Of a DNA stretch of 64,000 nucleotides, positions 63,675 through 64,000 are shown in pieces (position 1 is the first letter of the stretch; each line of letters begins with the position of its first letter). Under the pieces are notes generated by a model that searched no databases, had not been told where the DNA came from, and saw only the letters and a program-made list of their open reading frames with translations. The position numbers and the translations under genes are program-made. Origin of the DNA: Spirochaetia bacterium (lineage in GTDB: Bacteria; Spirochaetota; Spirochaetia; UBA9216); assembly GCA_963675665.1 (NCBI GenBank), contig OY776510.1, forward strand, positions 1,440,001 through 1,504,000. Direction: 5' to 3'.

Positions 63675-64000
63675 ATGAAAAAGTTGATTTTTACATTCTT
63701 TCTATACTTTTGCGCGGCTGTATTTATTTTTGCCGGCGGGGCAAGCGAAAGCAAGGCTGATGGACTCGCGGACAAGGGCGGCAGGCTTAAGGTTATAGCC
63801 ACTACAAGTATAATCACGGACGTCGTGAAAAACATCGCCGGAGACAAGGCAGATGTTGCCGGTTTGATTCCTCTGGGTCAGAATGTTCACGGATATGTTC
63901 CAAAGCCCAGACAGATGGTAATGATAGAAGATGCGAACCTGATTTTTGTGAACGGTCTTAACCTTGAAGAACAGATGCTTGAGCTTGTCTACAGTAACTC
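63675..64000 (+). CDS. Zn/Mn ABC transporter substrate-binding protein (ZnuA/TroA), truncated at window end
   Basis: MKKLI...KVIATTSIITDVVKNIAGD...GQNVHGYVPKP...NGLNLEE. Confidence 0.88.
   Translation, partial: MKKLIFTFFLYFCAAVFIFAGGASESKADGLADKGGRLKVIATTSIITDVVKNIAGDKADVAGLIPLGQNVHGYVPKPRQMVMIEDANLIFVNGLNLEEQMLELVYSN

Overview
A 64-kb bacterial chromosomal window, most likely from a free-living Spirochaetia member (inferred from a spirochaete/mitochondrial-type EF-G1, AGGQxE-type binding-protein N-termini and the carD-ispD-ispF gene order). Most of it is housekeeping, transport and regulatory genes: a sigma54 two-component amine-uptake locus, fusA, an MCP, nth-ispF-ispD-carD, ald-lrp, amino-acid and peptide ABC transporters, an aroF-pheA fusion, perR-katG, a LacI-controlled GT4/GalT/kinase/ABC sugar operon, a B12 radical SAM cassette, leuS, a Moco-riboswitch wtpABC operon and zur-znuA. 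An accessory defence island next to leuS carries a Flavo-1-like RNA, higBA, an IS110, a TA remnant and a type I R-M system. The main finding is an IS110 element (49734-51115) inserted in the AGGAG Shine-Dalgarno of higA. Its left end folds into a bridge-RNA-like structure with two guide loops: one matches the element's own circle junction, the other spells a ribosome-binding site plus ATG. A 143-bp non-coding element with the same two ends sits 35 kb away in the AGGAG between ald and lrp, apparently a non-autonomous MITE of this RBS-targeting system. Many operon-first genes also look leaderless. All calls were made by eye from the sequence and ORF track; no database searches were run.
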